NCBI GenBank assembly: GCA_034669905.1
Contig: JAXMOL010000014.1
Span: 32,001-96,000, forward strand
Reading direction: 5' to 3'
DNA length: 64,000 nt
Source of the DNA: Candidatus Hydrogenedentota bacterium
GTDB taxonomy: Bacteria > Hydrogenedentota > Hydrogenedentia > Hydrogenedentales > JAEUWI01
Of this stretch, positions 47,778-57,644 are shown piece by piece (the stretch's first letter is position 1; every line of letters starts with the position of its first letter). A program made the position numbers and the translations under genes. The notes beneath the pieces are model-generated. The model saw only the letters and a list, made by a program, of their open reading frames with translations. It had not been told where the DNA came from and searched no databases.

Positions 47778-48767
47778 TCAGGGCAGGGTGCAAACTTCCG
47801 CAATCGCCGCGAGCGCTGCCTCGTGAAACGTGCCATTGGACGCCAACACACCCGTGTTCTTCAGCAGCTTGCGCCCCTGACCAAAGTCCAATGCCTTCCC
47901 CCGAAGGTCCGTTATCCGCCCCCCGGCTTCTTCCAGAATAATGGCGCCCGCCGCCTGGTCCCAGATACATTCCTTATAATCTTCCCGCCCGGGATTCAGG
48001 AGTCGAAAAAGCAGATCGCCTCCCCCCACCGCCAAGACACTGTATTTCGCCTGGCTGTCCATCCGTACCGGTTCCGCTGTCACACCCAGGGCGGCGTTCA
48101 ACGCGTCAATCTGGCTCGCATTCGTGTGGCTGTCTTCCACCGATCGCATCACCCGCGCGTCCGCAATGTTGCTGCGCGACGAGACATGCACCTGCTGAAA
48201 ATCACTACCGGCCACGGAGAGCCAGGAGCCCTGACCACGCTGAGCAAGGAGAGTCACCCCTTTCCCCATGTCGGGCGCGCACCCTTCCCCCAGATTGGGA
48301 CAACCCAACGCGCCCAGCTCCACCTGACCATTCTTAATCAGGGCGAAAGCCACCGCATATTGCCCGCCCCGCAAATAACCCTTCGTTCCGTCGATGGGGT
48401 CCAGCGTCCAGAAGCAGTCATTCGGCTCCGCGGTCCCATAATCTATCCAATCGCAGACCGACGCTTCCGTGGCCTCAACATCAAACTTTGCCACGAACTC
48501 CGCCACCAGCTTCCGCACTTCCGCGCCTTCGTCGGTCCGCAACTCATCGGCCGACTCTTCACCCACCAGCGCAACGCCGGGCGTGACCCGCTGCATGGCC
48601 CGGGCGGCCAGCGCCTGCGAGGCGAAATCAGCCACGGTAACGGGTGACAAGTCGTCCTTCGTCAGATTTCGGTCTGCCATGGCCGTGCGCACCTGCTGGG
48701 CCACATCCGCCCCTTGTCCCACGACCTGGAGGGCCAATTTCACTTCGGGCTGGGTCAAATCGATCAT
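47778..48767 (-). CDS. 3'(2'),5'-bisphosphate nucleotidase, HAL2/SAL1 family
   Basis: KDDLSPVTVADFASQA, LVGEE, FWTLDPIDGTKGYLRGGQYAV, LGCPNL, MDSQAKY, ECIWDQAAG. Confidence 0.9.
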   Translation of the reverse strand: MIDLTQPEVKLALQVVGQGADVAQQVRTAMADRNLTKDDLSPVTVADFASQALAARAMQRVTPGVALVGEESADELRTDEGAEVRKLVAEFVAKFDVEATEASVCDWIDYGTAEPNDCFWTLDPIDGTKGYLRGGQYAVAFALIKNGQVELGALGCPNLGEGCAPDMGKGVTLLAQRGQGSWLSVAGSDFQQVHVSSRSNIADARVMRSVEDSHTNASQIDALNAALGVTAEPVRMDSQAKYSVLAVGGGDLLFRLLNPGREDYKECIWDQAAGAIILEEAGGRITDLRGKALDFGQGRKLLKNTGVLASNGTFHEAALAAIAEVCTLP

Positions 48768-49057
48768 GTATTCAAGGTCCTTTGCTGATTCAGGGTGTTT
48801 TGTATCGGCTCGCGTGGCGGAAGTGGACCGAAGCAATGAGCCCAGTCCACCCCGTAATTCCACAGGCGACACGGAGTATTACTGGTGAATTCCCCCCACA
48901 TTCCGTTATTGTACCTGAGTCCAGGGGTCGGGTCCCACACTTCGAATAAGGGAAAAAAGTCGTTTGGGCAATTTGGGATGGACAACAGACCGGGTTCGGG
49001 GTATAAAATAAAGCCCCATTGTCACATGCGGACCATATCGCAAACAGGAGAGAGTCA

Positions 49058-49729
49058 TTGGACATCGCATCGAAGCAAGACGCGTCGGAGAGTCTTTTTA
49101 ACCCTGGAAACCGCTTTCTCCTCATTCTGATGGGGCAACGCTATCTGGTGTCCATTCAGGCGGCCGATGACGATAGCCTTTCGGTCAGTTTCCCAATCCG
49201 CGATTTTCCCGTGGAAGGGATGCACGTGGACATGGAGTTCCACGACACCGAAGGCTATACCCGCTTTGAGTCGGAAGTCCTGAAAGCACCTGAAGCACTG
49301 GGCGACAGCCTCGTACTCCGACGTCCGCCGGAAGTCATCCGAAATTACCACCGGGGCTCCTGGCGTGTCCCTGTAGATTTCAAGGCGTCGGTGAAAGGCC
49401 ACGTCCATCCCCGTCGCCTGACCGTACCCGTCATCAACCTCAGCACCGGTGGCCTGCTCATCCTGTCAGACGGCCCCTTCGAAAATGGCGACATGCTGGA
49501 AGCGGTCTTGCCCCTGCCCGAATTGAAAGGGGATATTCTTACCTGCAAGGTAGTCCATCGCGCCGACGCCGGCCAGTCTCTGGGAGGCCTGGTTCAGATT
49601 GGTTGCACTTTCGTCAGCCCTGATCCCACCAACATCCAGATTGTTTCCAGCTACATCAAAGAGCGCCTTAATGAGCTCGGTCCGGACTACTCCCCCCTGG
49701 GCAGCCATCGCACCGCGAGTGACGTGTAG
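49058..49729 (+). CDS. PilZ-domain c-di-GMP receptor (YcgR-like two-domain)
   Basis: RGSWR (RxxxR) and NLSTGG (D/NxSxxG); TTG start after AGGAG. Confidence 0.82.
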   Translation: MDIASKQDASESLFNPGNRFLLILMGQRYLVSIQAADDDSLSVSFPIRDFPVEGMHVDMEFHDTEGYTRFESEVLKAPEALGDSLVLRRPPEVIRNYHRGSWRVPVDFKASVKGHVHPRRLTVPVINLSTGGLLILSDGPFENGDMLEAVLPLPELKGDILTCKVVHRADAGQSLGGLVQIGCTFVSPDPTNIQIVSSYIKERLNELGPDYSPLGSHRTASDV

Positions 49730-49733
49730 CCCT

Positions 49734-50585
49734 ATGCTGCGGTACCTGGTCCTGACAAGCGCCATGCTCTTGCCCCTTTGGACAGCCGGGGCAGAAGTAC
49801 CTGAGAAAGAGACCCCGGTGGAGCCAAGCCTCGTCTCCTACAAACAGCTGGCCGATGACGAATCGCTGCAGCTCCATGTCTTTACCCCCGATGACCCCGC
49901 GCCCAAAGGCGGGCGCACCGCCATCGTGTTCTTCTTTGGTGGCGGATGGATTACCGGAAAACCGGAGCAATTCTATCCCCAGGCCCGTCATCTCGCGAAA
50001 CGGGGCCTTCTCGCCATTTCCGCCGAATACCGCGTGAGCAGTCGGCATCACAGCACCGTGCGCGATTCAGTGGCCGACGCCAAGTCCGCCATGCGCTATG
50101 TCCGCAGTCACGCCGACGTCTTTGGCATCAATCCCGATAAGATCATCGCGGCAGGCGGTTCCGCGGGTGGTCACCTGGCCGCCTGCACCGGCATCCTCAC
50201 CGAATATGACGACGAAAAAGACGATGCCACGGTCAGCCCCCAGCCCAATGCCATGATTCTCTTGAACCCCGTGGTGGATACCACCCCCCTCGGCTATCTG
50301 GGACGGCTCCTGCCCCCCAAAGGCGACAAGACCTTATCCCCCGTGCACCACGTGCGCCCCGGTCTGCCGCCCACCCTCATCTGCCACGGCACGGCCGACA
50401 TCGTCGTGGGCCATGAAAACGTGGAGCGCTTCCAGAAGGCCATGGAGGACGCCGGTAACCGCTGCGAGCTCCGGTCCTTCAAGGGCGCGGGCCACGGCTT
50501 CTTCAACCCCGGCCTCCTCTCCGACAAGGACTACCACGCCGTGGTCGCCGAGATGGATGCCTTCATCGATTCGCTGAACTGGTAA
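49734..50585 (+). CDS. Secreted alpha/beta hydrolase (esterase)
   Basis: Signal peptide; FFGGGW; GGSAGG nucleophile elbow; HGTAD; GHGF. Confidence 0.88.
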   Translation: MLRYLVLTSAMLLPLWTAGAEVPEKETPVEPSLVSYKQLADDESLQLHVFTPDDPAPKGGRTAIVFFFGGGWITGKPEQFYPQARHLAKRGLLAISAEYRVSSRHHSTVRDSVADAKSAMRYVRSHADVFGINPDKIIAAGGSAGGHLAACTGILTEYDDEKDDATVSPQPNAMILLNPVVDTTPLGYLGRLLPPKGDKTLSPVHHVRPGLPPTLICHGTADIVVGHENVERFQKAMEDAGNRCELRSFKGAGHGFFNPGLLSDKDYHAVVAEMDAFIDSLNW

Positions 50586-51939
50586 AGGGGTCTTCCGCCC
50601 GCTTCAGCCAGACGGCCAATTGCCGCTGCAGCGTCTCCGTCTGCGTTGCATACGCCCCGTCCCCCAGGAGATTTTTCATCTGATAGGGATCCGCCTGGTT
50701 GTCGAACAGACACATGGGTCCCTCCGGACCTTCCGCATAGGTGTAGCGCGCCGTGCGCACGCCGCGAAAGATGGGGGCCGGATGCGCATTACCCTTGGAG
50801 GCATTGTCCTTCGCGATGTGCATGATGAACTGGGCGTCCCGTTCCGGTGGTATCTCCCCGTCCATTACCACGCCGCTATAATCCTTGCCCGCACACCCTT
50901 CCGGCACCGGAATCCCGGCCAGCCCGCATAAGGTGGGCACCATATCGATGGCACCGATGAGGGCGTCATGCTGCACGCCCTGGGGCACTTGCCCCGCTCC
51001 GTAGATAATCATGGGGATACGCACCGACTCTTCATACGGTTGACGCTTGCTTCCCACGGCATGGGACCCGTGCATACTGCCGTGGTCGGAGGTATAAACG
51101 ATGATGGTATTCTCCGCGGCACCCGCGCGCGCTACGGCCGCCAGGAGCCGGGCCAATTCATCATCCACCGCGCTGATGTGGGCGTGATAGCCTTCGTAGT
51201 GGGGCGATCCGTTCTTGGCAAAGACACTCCCTTCTTCCGCCTTGGGAAGGCGATAGTTGGGCCGAAAAGGCAAGGACCCCTCGGGGTAGAGGGCCAACTT
51301 CTCGGGCGGGGCATCGGTAAAATTGGAGTGGGGCGGATTGAGTGACAACATCAGAAAATGGGGCTGCTCCCCTTGGGCACCCATGAACGCCAGGGCCTGG
51401 TCGGTCATGAGTGTTGCGTTGTAGCCCTGGGGCGTCACCCCCTGTTCCCCATCTTTGAAATAGGTGCTCTTGTCATAGTGGGTGTTCGTGCCCGCCCAGA
51501 TGATGGAATGGTCGAAGCCGAAGGGACGTGCATCGTTGCCACTCCCCAGATGCCATTTCCCGATATAGCCCGTGCGATAGCCCGCCGCCTGAAAGGCCTT
51601 TCCCACCGTCGGCAATGCCGGGTCCAGGGGAATGTTATTGTCGATCACGCCCGTCTGAAAGGGCCAGCGGCCCGTCATCACAATCGCGCGGTAGGGCGAA
51701 CACACGGGGTAGTTACTCACACACTGGCGAAAGGAAAAGCCCTCAGCCGCCATGCGGTCCATGGTGGGGGTTTTCATCTGAGGCATTTCCGTGTGGCCCA
51801 TGGACTGATAGCGGTGCTCATCGGAAAAAACGAAAATGATGTTGGGCTTGTCCACACCGTGGGCCGCCCCGGGCAGTAGCGCAACGATGCTGACGATAAT
51901 TGCGCCAAGGAAGAGAGATATTTTTCGATAACACCACAT
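50563..51939 (-). CDS. Secreted Cys-type sulfatase
   Basis: FSDEHR, CSPYRAIVMTGR, GKWHLG, NPPH, SDHG. Confidence 0.9.
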   Translation of the reverse strand: MWCYRKISLFLGAIIVSIVALLPGAAHGVDKPNIIFVFSDEHRYQSMGHTEMPQMKTPTMDRMAAEGFSFRQCVSNYPVCSPYRAIVMTGRWPFQTGVIDNNIPLDPALPTVGKAFQAAGYRTGYIGKWHLGSGNDARPFGFDHSIIWAGTNTHYDKSTYFKDGEQGVTPQGYNATLMTDQALAFMGAQGEQPHFLMLSLNPPHSNFTDAPPEKLALYPEGSLPFRPNYRLPKAEEGSVFAKNGSPHYEGYHAHISAVDDELARLLAAVARAGAAENTIIVYTSDHGSMHGSHAVGSKRQPYEESVRIPMIIYGAGQVPQGVQHDALIGAIDMVPTLCGLAGIPVPEGCAGKDYSGVVMDGEIPPERDAQFIMHIAKDNASKGNAHPAPIFRGVRTARYTYAEGPEGPMCLFDNQADPYQMKNLLGDGAYATQTETLQRQLAVWLKRAEDPFTSSANR

Positions 51940-52036
51940 GGTCCATTGCTCCTGGAGTTTACGTAGCGTGAATTAGAGGCTACAGTCTACGGTTTACGGG
52001 GTTACGCTGCAAACACGGGCGTGCGCCATTTGGTGC

Positions 52037-52154
52037 TACCACGGAAGACACCGAAATTCACGGAAAAGGATGCCGGGCTGGGTGCGCGCGCTGGCGGTCA
52101 GCGTGGTGGCTGGCGCCGCAATGGTTTCCGTGTACTTCCGTGTCTTCCGTGGTA
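52037..52154. repeat. Inverted pair of 3x9-mer (CACGGAA) arms, family G
   Basis: TACCACGGAAGACACCGAAATTCACGGAAA (52037-52066) versus TTTCCGTGTACTTCCGTGTCTTCCGTGGTA (52125-52154); 27 of 30 positions complementary. Confidence 0.75.
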
Positions 52155-52305
52155 GATACGGGCTCGTTACACCGGTCCTCCGGTGTAACGCACTACCCTT
52201 CCGGTCCTCCGGGAGAGGCTCTGCGGAGTGCCCGGTGGGCCATCACCCCCCCCCAAACAGCGCAACCATTTCACCTGCGGCGAATTGCCGCAGTAGCGGC
52301 AAGGC

Positions 52306-52338
52306 AGGCATTCCCACGGGGGACCGTGGGAACGAGGG
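52306..52338 (+). repeat. REP family F hairpin
   Basis: AGGCATTCCCACGGGGGACCGTGGGAACGAGGG; partner copy at 39928-39960. Confidence 0.7.
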
Positions 52339-52479
52339 CTGAATGACCCCATTCCACAGGACCCATAAGCCCCATACGTCCCTTAAATACATACAAACGA
52401 TTCTTGGCAGCAACGCGCTCGATGGGGCATACTGGAAACCTCGTTTGTCCAATGAAAAATGCGCCAAGGAGACGTAGCC

Positions 52480-54735
52480 ATGAAGTGGTCCCCGAAAATC
52501 CTTTCCCTGTTGCTCTGCCTTGCCGCGTGCCACACGGCCACGGCGGGCCTGCTCATCCATGAGAACCCCCGCTGGGAGCCCATCGTTGACACGGTCTACC
52601 TCCAGGCCTTCTCGAAACGCATCCCATTTGACCAGCCCCTCAAGGCCGTCGCGGTCTATGACGGCAACGTCTATGCCGGTGGCCCCTCGGGACTCTATCG
52701 TGTCGGCGAGACAGACGTGCAACCCGTGTCAGGCTTCGAGGCCGCACCGGTCGATCTGCTGACCGTGGCCGATGGCAAGCTCTGGGTCCTTGGCGGTGGT
52801 GCACTCCAGCGCTACGACGGCGAAACCTGGGCCCCCATTGTTCTCGACCATGTCGTCGACCTCTGCGCTGACGGCAAGGCGGTCATCGTGGCCACCAACG
52901 CCGCCCTCTACCGCATGGCCGGCACCACCCCCGCGCGCCTGACGGAAGACACCCGGTCGCCCATCAAGGGCGTGGCCGCCTACAGTGGCACCTACTACAT
53001 TCACGATGGCACACGGATCGGCCTCATGGAAAACAGCGCCATCACCTTCGACTACCTTTCCGACTGGGGCTCCCTCCAACGGGGCAGCACCATCCGCGAT
53101 ATCCTCGGCCTGGGCAGCCGCCTTATCCTGGCGACCGACGAAGGCCTCGCTATCCTCCGGGGCATGACGTGGTATCCCATCCAGGGGGAAGACGGCCTTT
53201 GTGTAGAGGACACCACCACCCTCGCGGTGGGCTTTGACCGTGACCTCTGGATAGGCACCAACCGGGGCGCTATCCGCAACGTGCATGACGAATACCAGTA
53301 CTTCGGCAAGGGCCGCTGGGTTCCCCATGACCAGGTCAACGCCATCGCCTGCGGCGAAAACGTAACCTACATCGCCACCGAAGGCGGCCTGGGCGTGGTG
53401 ACCTACGAGCCCTTCACCCTCGCCAAGAAAGCGGCCTACTACGAACGCTGGATGAACGAATGGGGCCAGAAACGCCTCGGCTTCGTCCACTCCCTTAACC
53501 TCATTGACGGCGAATGGGTCCGGGAGGTGAGCGACAACGACGTGGGCTACAGCAGTCACTACATGGCGGCCAAGTGCTTTGAATACGCCGTAACGGGTTC
53601 AGAAGCCGCCCGGGCGGAAGCCCTCAACATGATGAAATCGGTGAAGTGGAGTGAAGAGATTACCCCCATCGACGGCTTCCCCGCCCGCTCCATCTACAAC
53701 GTGGGCGAACCCACCCTCAAAGCCATGCACGGCTCGGGTGGACTCCCCGCCGAATGGCATGCCACCCCCGATGGCGCCTGGGAGTGGAAAGGCGACACCT
53801 CCAGCGACGAGACGGACGCCCATATGTATGAAACCATGCTCTTCCTCCAGCTTGTCGCCAATGATGAGGAGCGGGTCTGGGCCACGGAGCACCTCCACCG
53901 CGTCTTCGGCCATATCGTAGACAACGGTTTCATGCTGAAAGATGTGGACGGAAAACCCACCCGCTGGGCGCGCTGGGACCCCGACTACCTCCAGACGCCC
54001 TATGGCTATTATGCCCGGGGACTCAACGGCATGGAGGCCTTCAACTACATGGTGACGGCCCTCCACTTTACAGGCGACAAGAAATTCTTCGACGGAAAAC
54101 AACAGCTACTCAACTGGAACTATCAGGCCGATATCCTGCGCCAGAAACTCACCTTTCATCCCGGTTTCTTCACCCACTTCGACGACCGCCTCGCCTTCTA
54201 CACCTATTACTCCCTCATCCAATATGAGACGGACCCCGAATTGAAGCGGCTCTGGCTCCGAAGCCTGGAGCGGAGCTGGGAAGTAAAACGCATTCAGGCC
54301 GTGCCGTGGTTTAACTTTATCTACGGCGGACTCACGGGCAACGATTGCGAAACCGATCGCGCCGTATCCCACCTCCGCGACTGGCCCATGGACCTGCGCC
54401 GACTGGATTTCACCAATTCTCACCGCGATGACCTCTTCACGCCGCCGGGCTACCGCATGTATGCCGAACGGCCCAAACCCCTCAGCCCCCGGGAAACGGA
54501 AGCCAATCGCTGGGACGGCGACTTCATGCGCCTGGACCGTCATCTCGGCGGACGGGTCGTGGCCGAGCCGGGTGGCTGGCTGGATGCCTATTGGATGGGG
54601 CGCTACTACGGCATGATTACGCCACCCCAGACCGATGACCCCGCCCTGACCACCGTGCCCGACCGGGGACTCCACGTGGGTGCCAAGCCCTACGCCGGCC
54701 CCCCACGGCCGAAACTGAAACATGAAATAGAGTAA
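52480..54735 (+). CDS. Large secreted uncharacterised protein (N-terminal beta-propeller, C-terminal probable helical catalytic domain)
   Basis: AAGGAG RBS, signal peptide, propeller blades (LILATDEGL, LWIGTNRG, YIATEGGL); C-terminal SDNDVG, WEWKGDTSSDE, HFDDRLAF. Confidence 0.8.
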   Translation: MKWSPKILSLLLCLAACHTATAGLLIHENPRWEPIVDTVYLQAFSKRIPFDQPLKAVAVYDGNVYAGGPSGLYRVGETDVQPVSGFEAAPVDLLTVADGKLWVLGGGALQRYDGETWAPIVLDHVVDLCADGKAVIVATNAALYRMAGTTPARLTEDTRSPIKGVAAYSGTYYIHDGTRIGLMENSAITFDYLSDWGSLQRGSTIRDILGLGSRLILATDEGLAILRGMTWYPIQGEDGLCVEDTTTLAVGFDRDLWIGTNRGAIRNVHDEYQYFGKGRWVPHDQVNAIACGENVTYIATEGGLGVVTYEPFTLAKKAAYYERWMNEWGQKRLGFVHSLNLIDGEWVREVSDNDVGYSSHYMAAKCFEYAVTGSEAARAEALNMMKSVKWSEEITPIDGFPARSIYNVGEPTLKAMHGSGGLPAEWHATPDGAWEWKGDTSSDETDAHMYETMLFLQLVANDEERVWATEHLHRVFGHIVDNGFMLKDVDGKPTRWARWDPDYLQTPYGYYARGLNGMEAFNYMVTALHFTGDKKFFDGKQQLLNWNYQADILRQKLTFHPGFFTHFDDRLAFYTYYSLIQYETDPELKRLWLRSLERSWEVKRIQAVPWFNFIYGGLTGNDCETDRAVSHLRDWPMDLRRLDFTNSHRDDLFTPPGYRMYAERPKPLSPRETEANRWDGDFMRLDRHLGGRVVAEPGGWLDAYWMGRYYGMITPPQTDDPALTTVPDRGLHVGAKPYAGPPRPKLKHEIE

Positions 54736-54770
54736 ATGGGACTGTCATCCAATTCGCGTCTGTTTCCATC

Positions 54771-54872
54771 AAAGGACCTAAAGGACCTAAAGGACCTAAA
54801 GGACCTAAAGGACGTAAAAGACCTAAAAGACGTATGCCCATAAGACCCATATGCCCCATAGGACCCATATCG
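54771..54872. repeat. 9-mer tandem arrays: 7x AAAGGACCT-like then 4x CCCATAnGn-like
   Basis: Read directly. Related short arrays at 37584-37613, 52353-52388, 62418-62454 (minus) and 63797-63832. Confidence 0.9.
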
Positions 54873-54916
54873 CTCATTTAACAGACCCCCTTTTCTGAGA
54901 TGGAGAAAAGCATCCC

Positions 54917-56299
54917 ATGAAAACGCTACGTTTAATCGCAACCACCCTGGCCCTCTTCGCCTGCGCCCTGACCCACGCCGCCGAAAAGCCCAACATCGTC
55001 GTCATCTTCTGCGACGACCTGGGCTATGGCGACCTCGGCGTCTTCGGCCACCCCACCATCCAGACGCCCCATCTCGACCGCATGGCCGCCGAAGGCCAGA
55101 AATGGACCAGTTTCTATGCCGCCGCGTCGGTCTGCACCCCAAGCCGTGCCGGACTCCTCACCGGCCGCCTCCCCGTGCGAAATGGCATGTGCAGCGACCA
55201 GCGACGGGTCCTCTTTCCCAACTCCACCGGCGGCATCCCGGAGAACGAAATTCTCGTTTCCGAATTGTTGAAGGCCCAGGGCTACCACACCGCCGCCGTC
55301 GGAAAGTGGCACCTCGGTCATCGACCCCAGTTCCTCCCGACCCGCCACGGTTTTGATTCCTATTTCGGTATCCCCTACAGCAACGACATGGACCGGAACC
55401 GCGGCGTAGAACACGGCACGGCCTTTGGCACGCCCGAGAGCCGCTATTTCGATGTGCCTCTCCTCCGCGACGAACAAGAAATCGAGCGACCGGCCGATCA
55501 GACGACCATCACCCGGCGTTACACCGACGAAGCGGTGCAGTTTATCCAGACCCACAAAGCCGGTCCCTTCTTCCTTTACCTGGCCCACTCCATGCCCCAC
55601 GTCCCCCTCTTTACTTCCCCCGAATTCAACGGCAAGAGCCGTCGGGGACGCTATGGCGATGTGATTGAAGAAATCGATCACAGCGTGGGACGTGTGCTGG
55701 AGACCCTGCGCACCGAGGGCCTCGATAAAAACACGCTGGTCCTCTTCACCTCCGACAATGGCCCCTGGCTCACCTATAAGCAACAGGGCGGCTCGGCGGG
55801 ACTTCTCCGGGGCGGCAAGGGCGGCACCTTCGAAGGCGGTATGCGGGTCCCCACGGTCTTCTGGTGGCCCGGCACCATTGCACCCGGTGTGGTATCCGAT
55901 ATGGGCTCCACGCTGGACCTGCTGGCCACGGTGGCCACACTGAGTGGTGCCACCCTCCCCACCGACCGCACCCTCGACAGCCTCGACCTCACTCCCGCCC
56001 TCCGGGGCACCGGGGCCAGTCCGCGTGACACCATGTTTTTCTACCGGGGCACCCAGGTCTTCGCCGTGCGGAAGGGCCCTTACAAGGCCCACTTCCAGAC
56101 CCGGGGCGAATATGGCGGGCCCAAACTCGTTCAACACGACCCACCGCTGCTCTACAATCTTGATCACGACCCCAGCGAGCAGTACAACGTGGCCAGCGAC
56201 AATCCAGAGGTCATAACAGCAATACGCGTCACCTTCGCTGCCCACAACAAGGCCCTGATTCGCGGCGAAGACCAACTGGTGGGGCGCACCGGGAAGTAA
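54917..56299 (+). CDS. Secreted Cys-type sulfatase (arylsulfatase A-like)
   Basis: DDLGYGDLG, CTPSRAGLLTGR, GKWHLG, GIPYSNDM, MPHVPL, SDNGPW. Confidence 0.93.
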   Translation: MKTLRLIATTLALFACALTHAAEKPNIVVIFCDDLGYGDLGVFGHPTIQTPHLDRMAAEGQKWTSFYAAASVCTPSRAGLLTGRLPVRNGMCSDQRRVLFPNSTGGIPENEILVSELLKAQGYHTAAVGKWHLGHRPQFLPTRHGFDSYFGIPYSNDMDRNRGVEHGTAFGTPESRYFDVPLLRDEQEIERPADQTTITRRYTDEAVQFIQTHKAGPFFLYLAHSMPHVPLFTSPEFNGKSRRGRYGDVIEEIDHSVGRVLETLRTEGLDKNTLVLFTSDNGPWLTYKQQGGSAGLLRGGKGGTFEGGMRVPTVFWWPGTIAPGVVSDMGSTLDLLATVATLSGATLPTDRTLDSLDLTPALRGTGASPRDTMFFYRGTQVFAVRKGPYKAHFQTRGEYGGPKLVQHDPPLLYNLDHDPSEQYNVASDNPEVITAIRVTFAAHNKALIRGEDQLVGRTGK

Positions 56300-56438
56300 A
56301 TGATACGTTATTGTTTTTCATTCGTGTAAATTAGTGTTCATTCGTGGTTCAAGTTCTTCTGTTGCAGTAGCAAGCCATGCCACGCCCCATAGACACCCAC
56401 CAACACCAGGCCTTCACCCCAAGGGAACCGCCCATACC

Positions 56439-57635
56439 ATGCGACGTATTGTTTCACTTGCCGTCCTCTGTCTCTTCGCCGCGACGACCCAAGCCGATCC
56501 ACTTCACCTTTACCTCACCTACTCGGACGCGCCCGAGACCACCATCGACGTCAACATCATCACCGACCGCAAGACGGACCGGGTCCACGTGTTTTATGAT
56601 GTGGAAAGTCAGAACGGCGCCCAGTCGGAATATCGCCATGTCGTGGAAGCAAAATACCATCCCTCCCTCATGGAGATCGCCGATCGGCGCGCCCTCTATG
56701 TGGCGAAGCTCACGGATTTGAAACCCGGTGCTACCTACCACTTCGTCGCAGGCGACAAAACCTATGGCTTCAGCGGCGAGCGCAAATTCCACACCCTCCC
56801 GGGGGGCGATGCGCCCGTGCGCTTCGTCAATGGCGGTGACATGGGCATGGACAACCGCGCCATCGGCATCCTCAAGGAAGCCGCCAAACACGACCCCGAT
56901 TTTGCCGTCATCGGCGGCGACCTGGCCTATGCCGATGGCATGATTGCCAATGAAGATCTCTGGGACGCGTGGTTCGACAATTGGGACACCTTCATGCGGC
57001 GCAGCGACGGCGCCATGATTCCCCTCATCACCTGCATCGGTAACCACGAGGTCAACAAATTCGAGACCGACGACCCCAAATTGCGTTCGCCGTGGTATTT
57101 GCCCCTCTTCGGACGCCAGGGAGAGAAGGTCTATTACACCCGGAAGGTGGGCAACAACCTCGCTTTTGTGGTCTTGGACAGTGGCTATCTCAATCCCTTC
57201 GACGGAGAACAGGCCGCGTGGCTGGAGGCCACCCTGAAGGCCCACCAGGACACGCCCCACCGCTTCGCCGTCTATCACATGCCCCTCTACCCCGCCTTCA
57301 GCAACTACAACGGCGCCCGACAAACCCTCGCCCGCAAGACCTGGGGCCCCCTCTTCGACACCTACGGCGTCCGGGTCGCCTTTGAACACGACGACCACGT
57401 GGCCAAGCGCTCCAAACCCCTCAAGGGTGATGCCGTGGCAGAAACCGGCACGGTATACATTGGTGATGGCGCCTTCGGCCGGGAAAGCCGCAATGTCGAT
57501 CGCGAACTGCGCTGGTACAACGCCATGGAAGAAAGCGTCGTTCACTTCTGGCTCGTCGATGTCACCAAGGATTCCGTAAAACTCCAGGCCATCGACCGCA
57601 AGAGCCGCATCTTCGATTCCCTCACACTTCCGTAG
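56439..57635 (+). CDS. Secreted metallophosphoesterase, purple acid phosphatase-like with N-terminal Fn3-like domain
   Basis: GGDMG, GGDLAYADG, IGNHE, YHMPLYP, FEHDDH. Confidence 0.87.
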   Translation: MRRIVSLAVLCLFAATTQADPLHLYLTYSDAPETTIDVNIITDRKTDRVHVFYDVESQNGAQSEYRHVVEAKYHPSLMEIADRRALYVAKLTDLKPGATYHFVAGDKTYGFSGERKFHTLPGGDAPVRFVNGGDMGMDNRAIGILKEAAKHDPDFAVIGGDLAYADGMIANEDLWDAWFDNWDTFMRRSDGAMIPLITCIGNHEVNKFETDDPKLRSPWYLPLFGRQGEKVYYTRKVGNNLAFVVLDSGYLNPFDGEQAAWLEATLKAHQDTPHRFAVYHMPLYPAFSNYNGARQTLARKTWGPLFDTYGVRVAFEHDDHVAKRSKPLKGDAVAETGTVYIGDGAFGRESRNVDRELRWYNAMEESVVHFWLVDVTKDSVKLQAIDRKSRIFDSLTLP

Positions 57636-57644
57636 GGGCGCAGC

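Noticed and set aside
54771..54872. 9-mer array as CRISPR or as a coding repeat (LGPLGP / FRSFRS ORFs)
   Set aside because: No spacers; the ORFs are short, overlap real genes and simply translate the DNA repeat.
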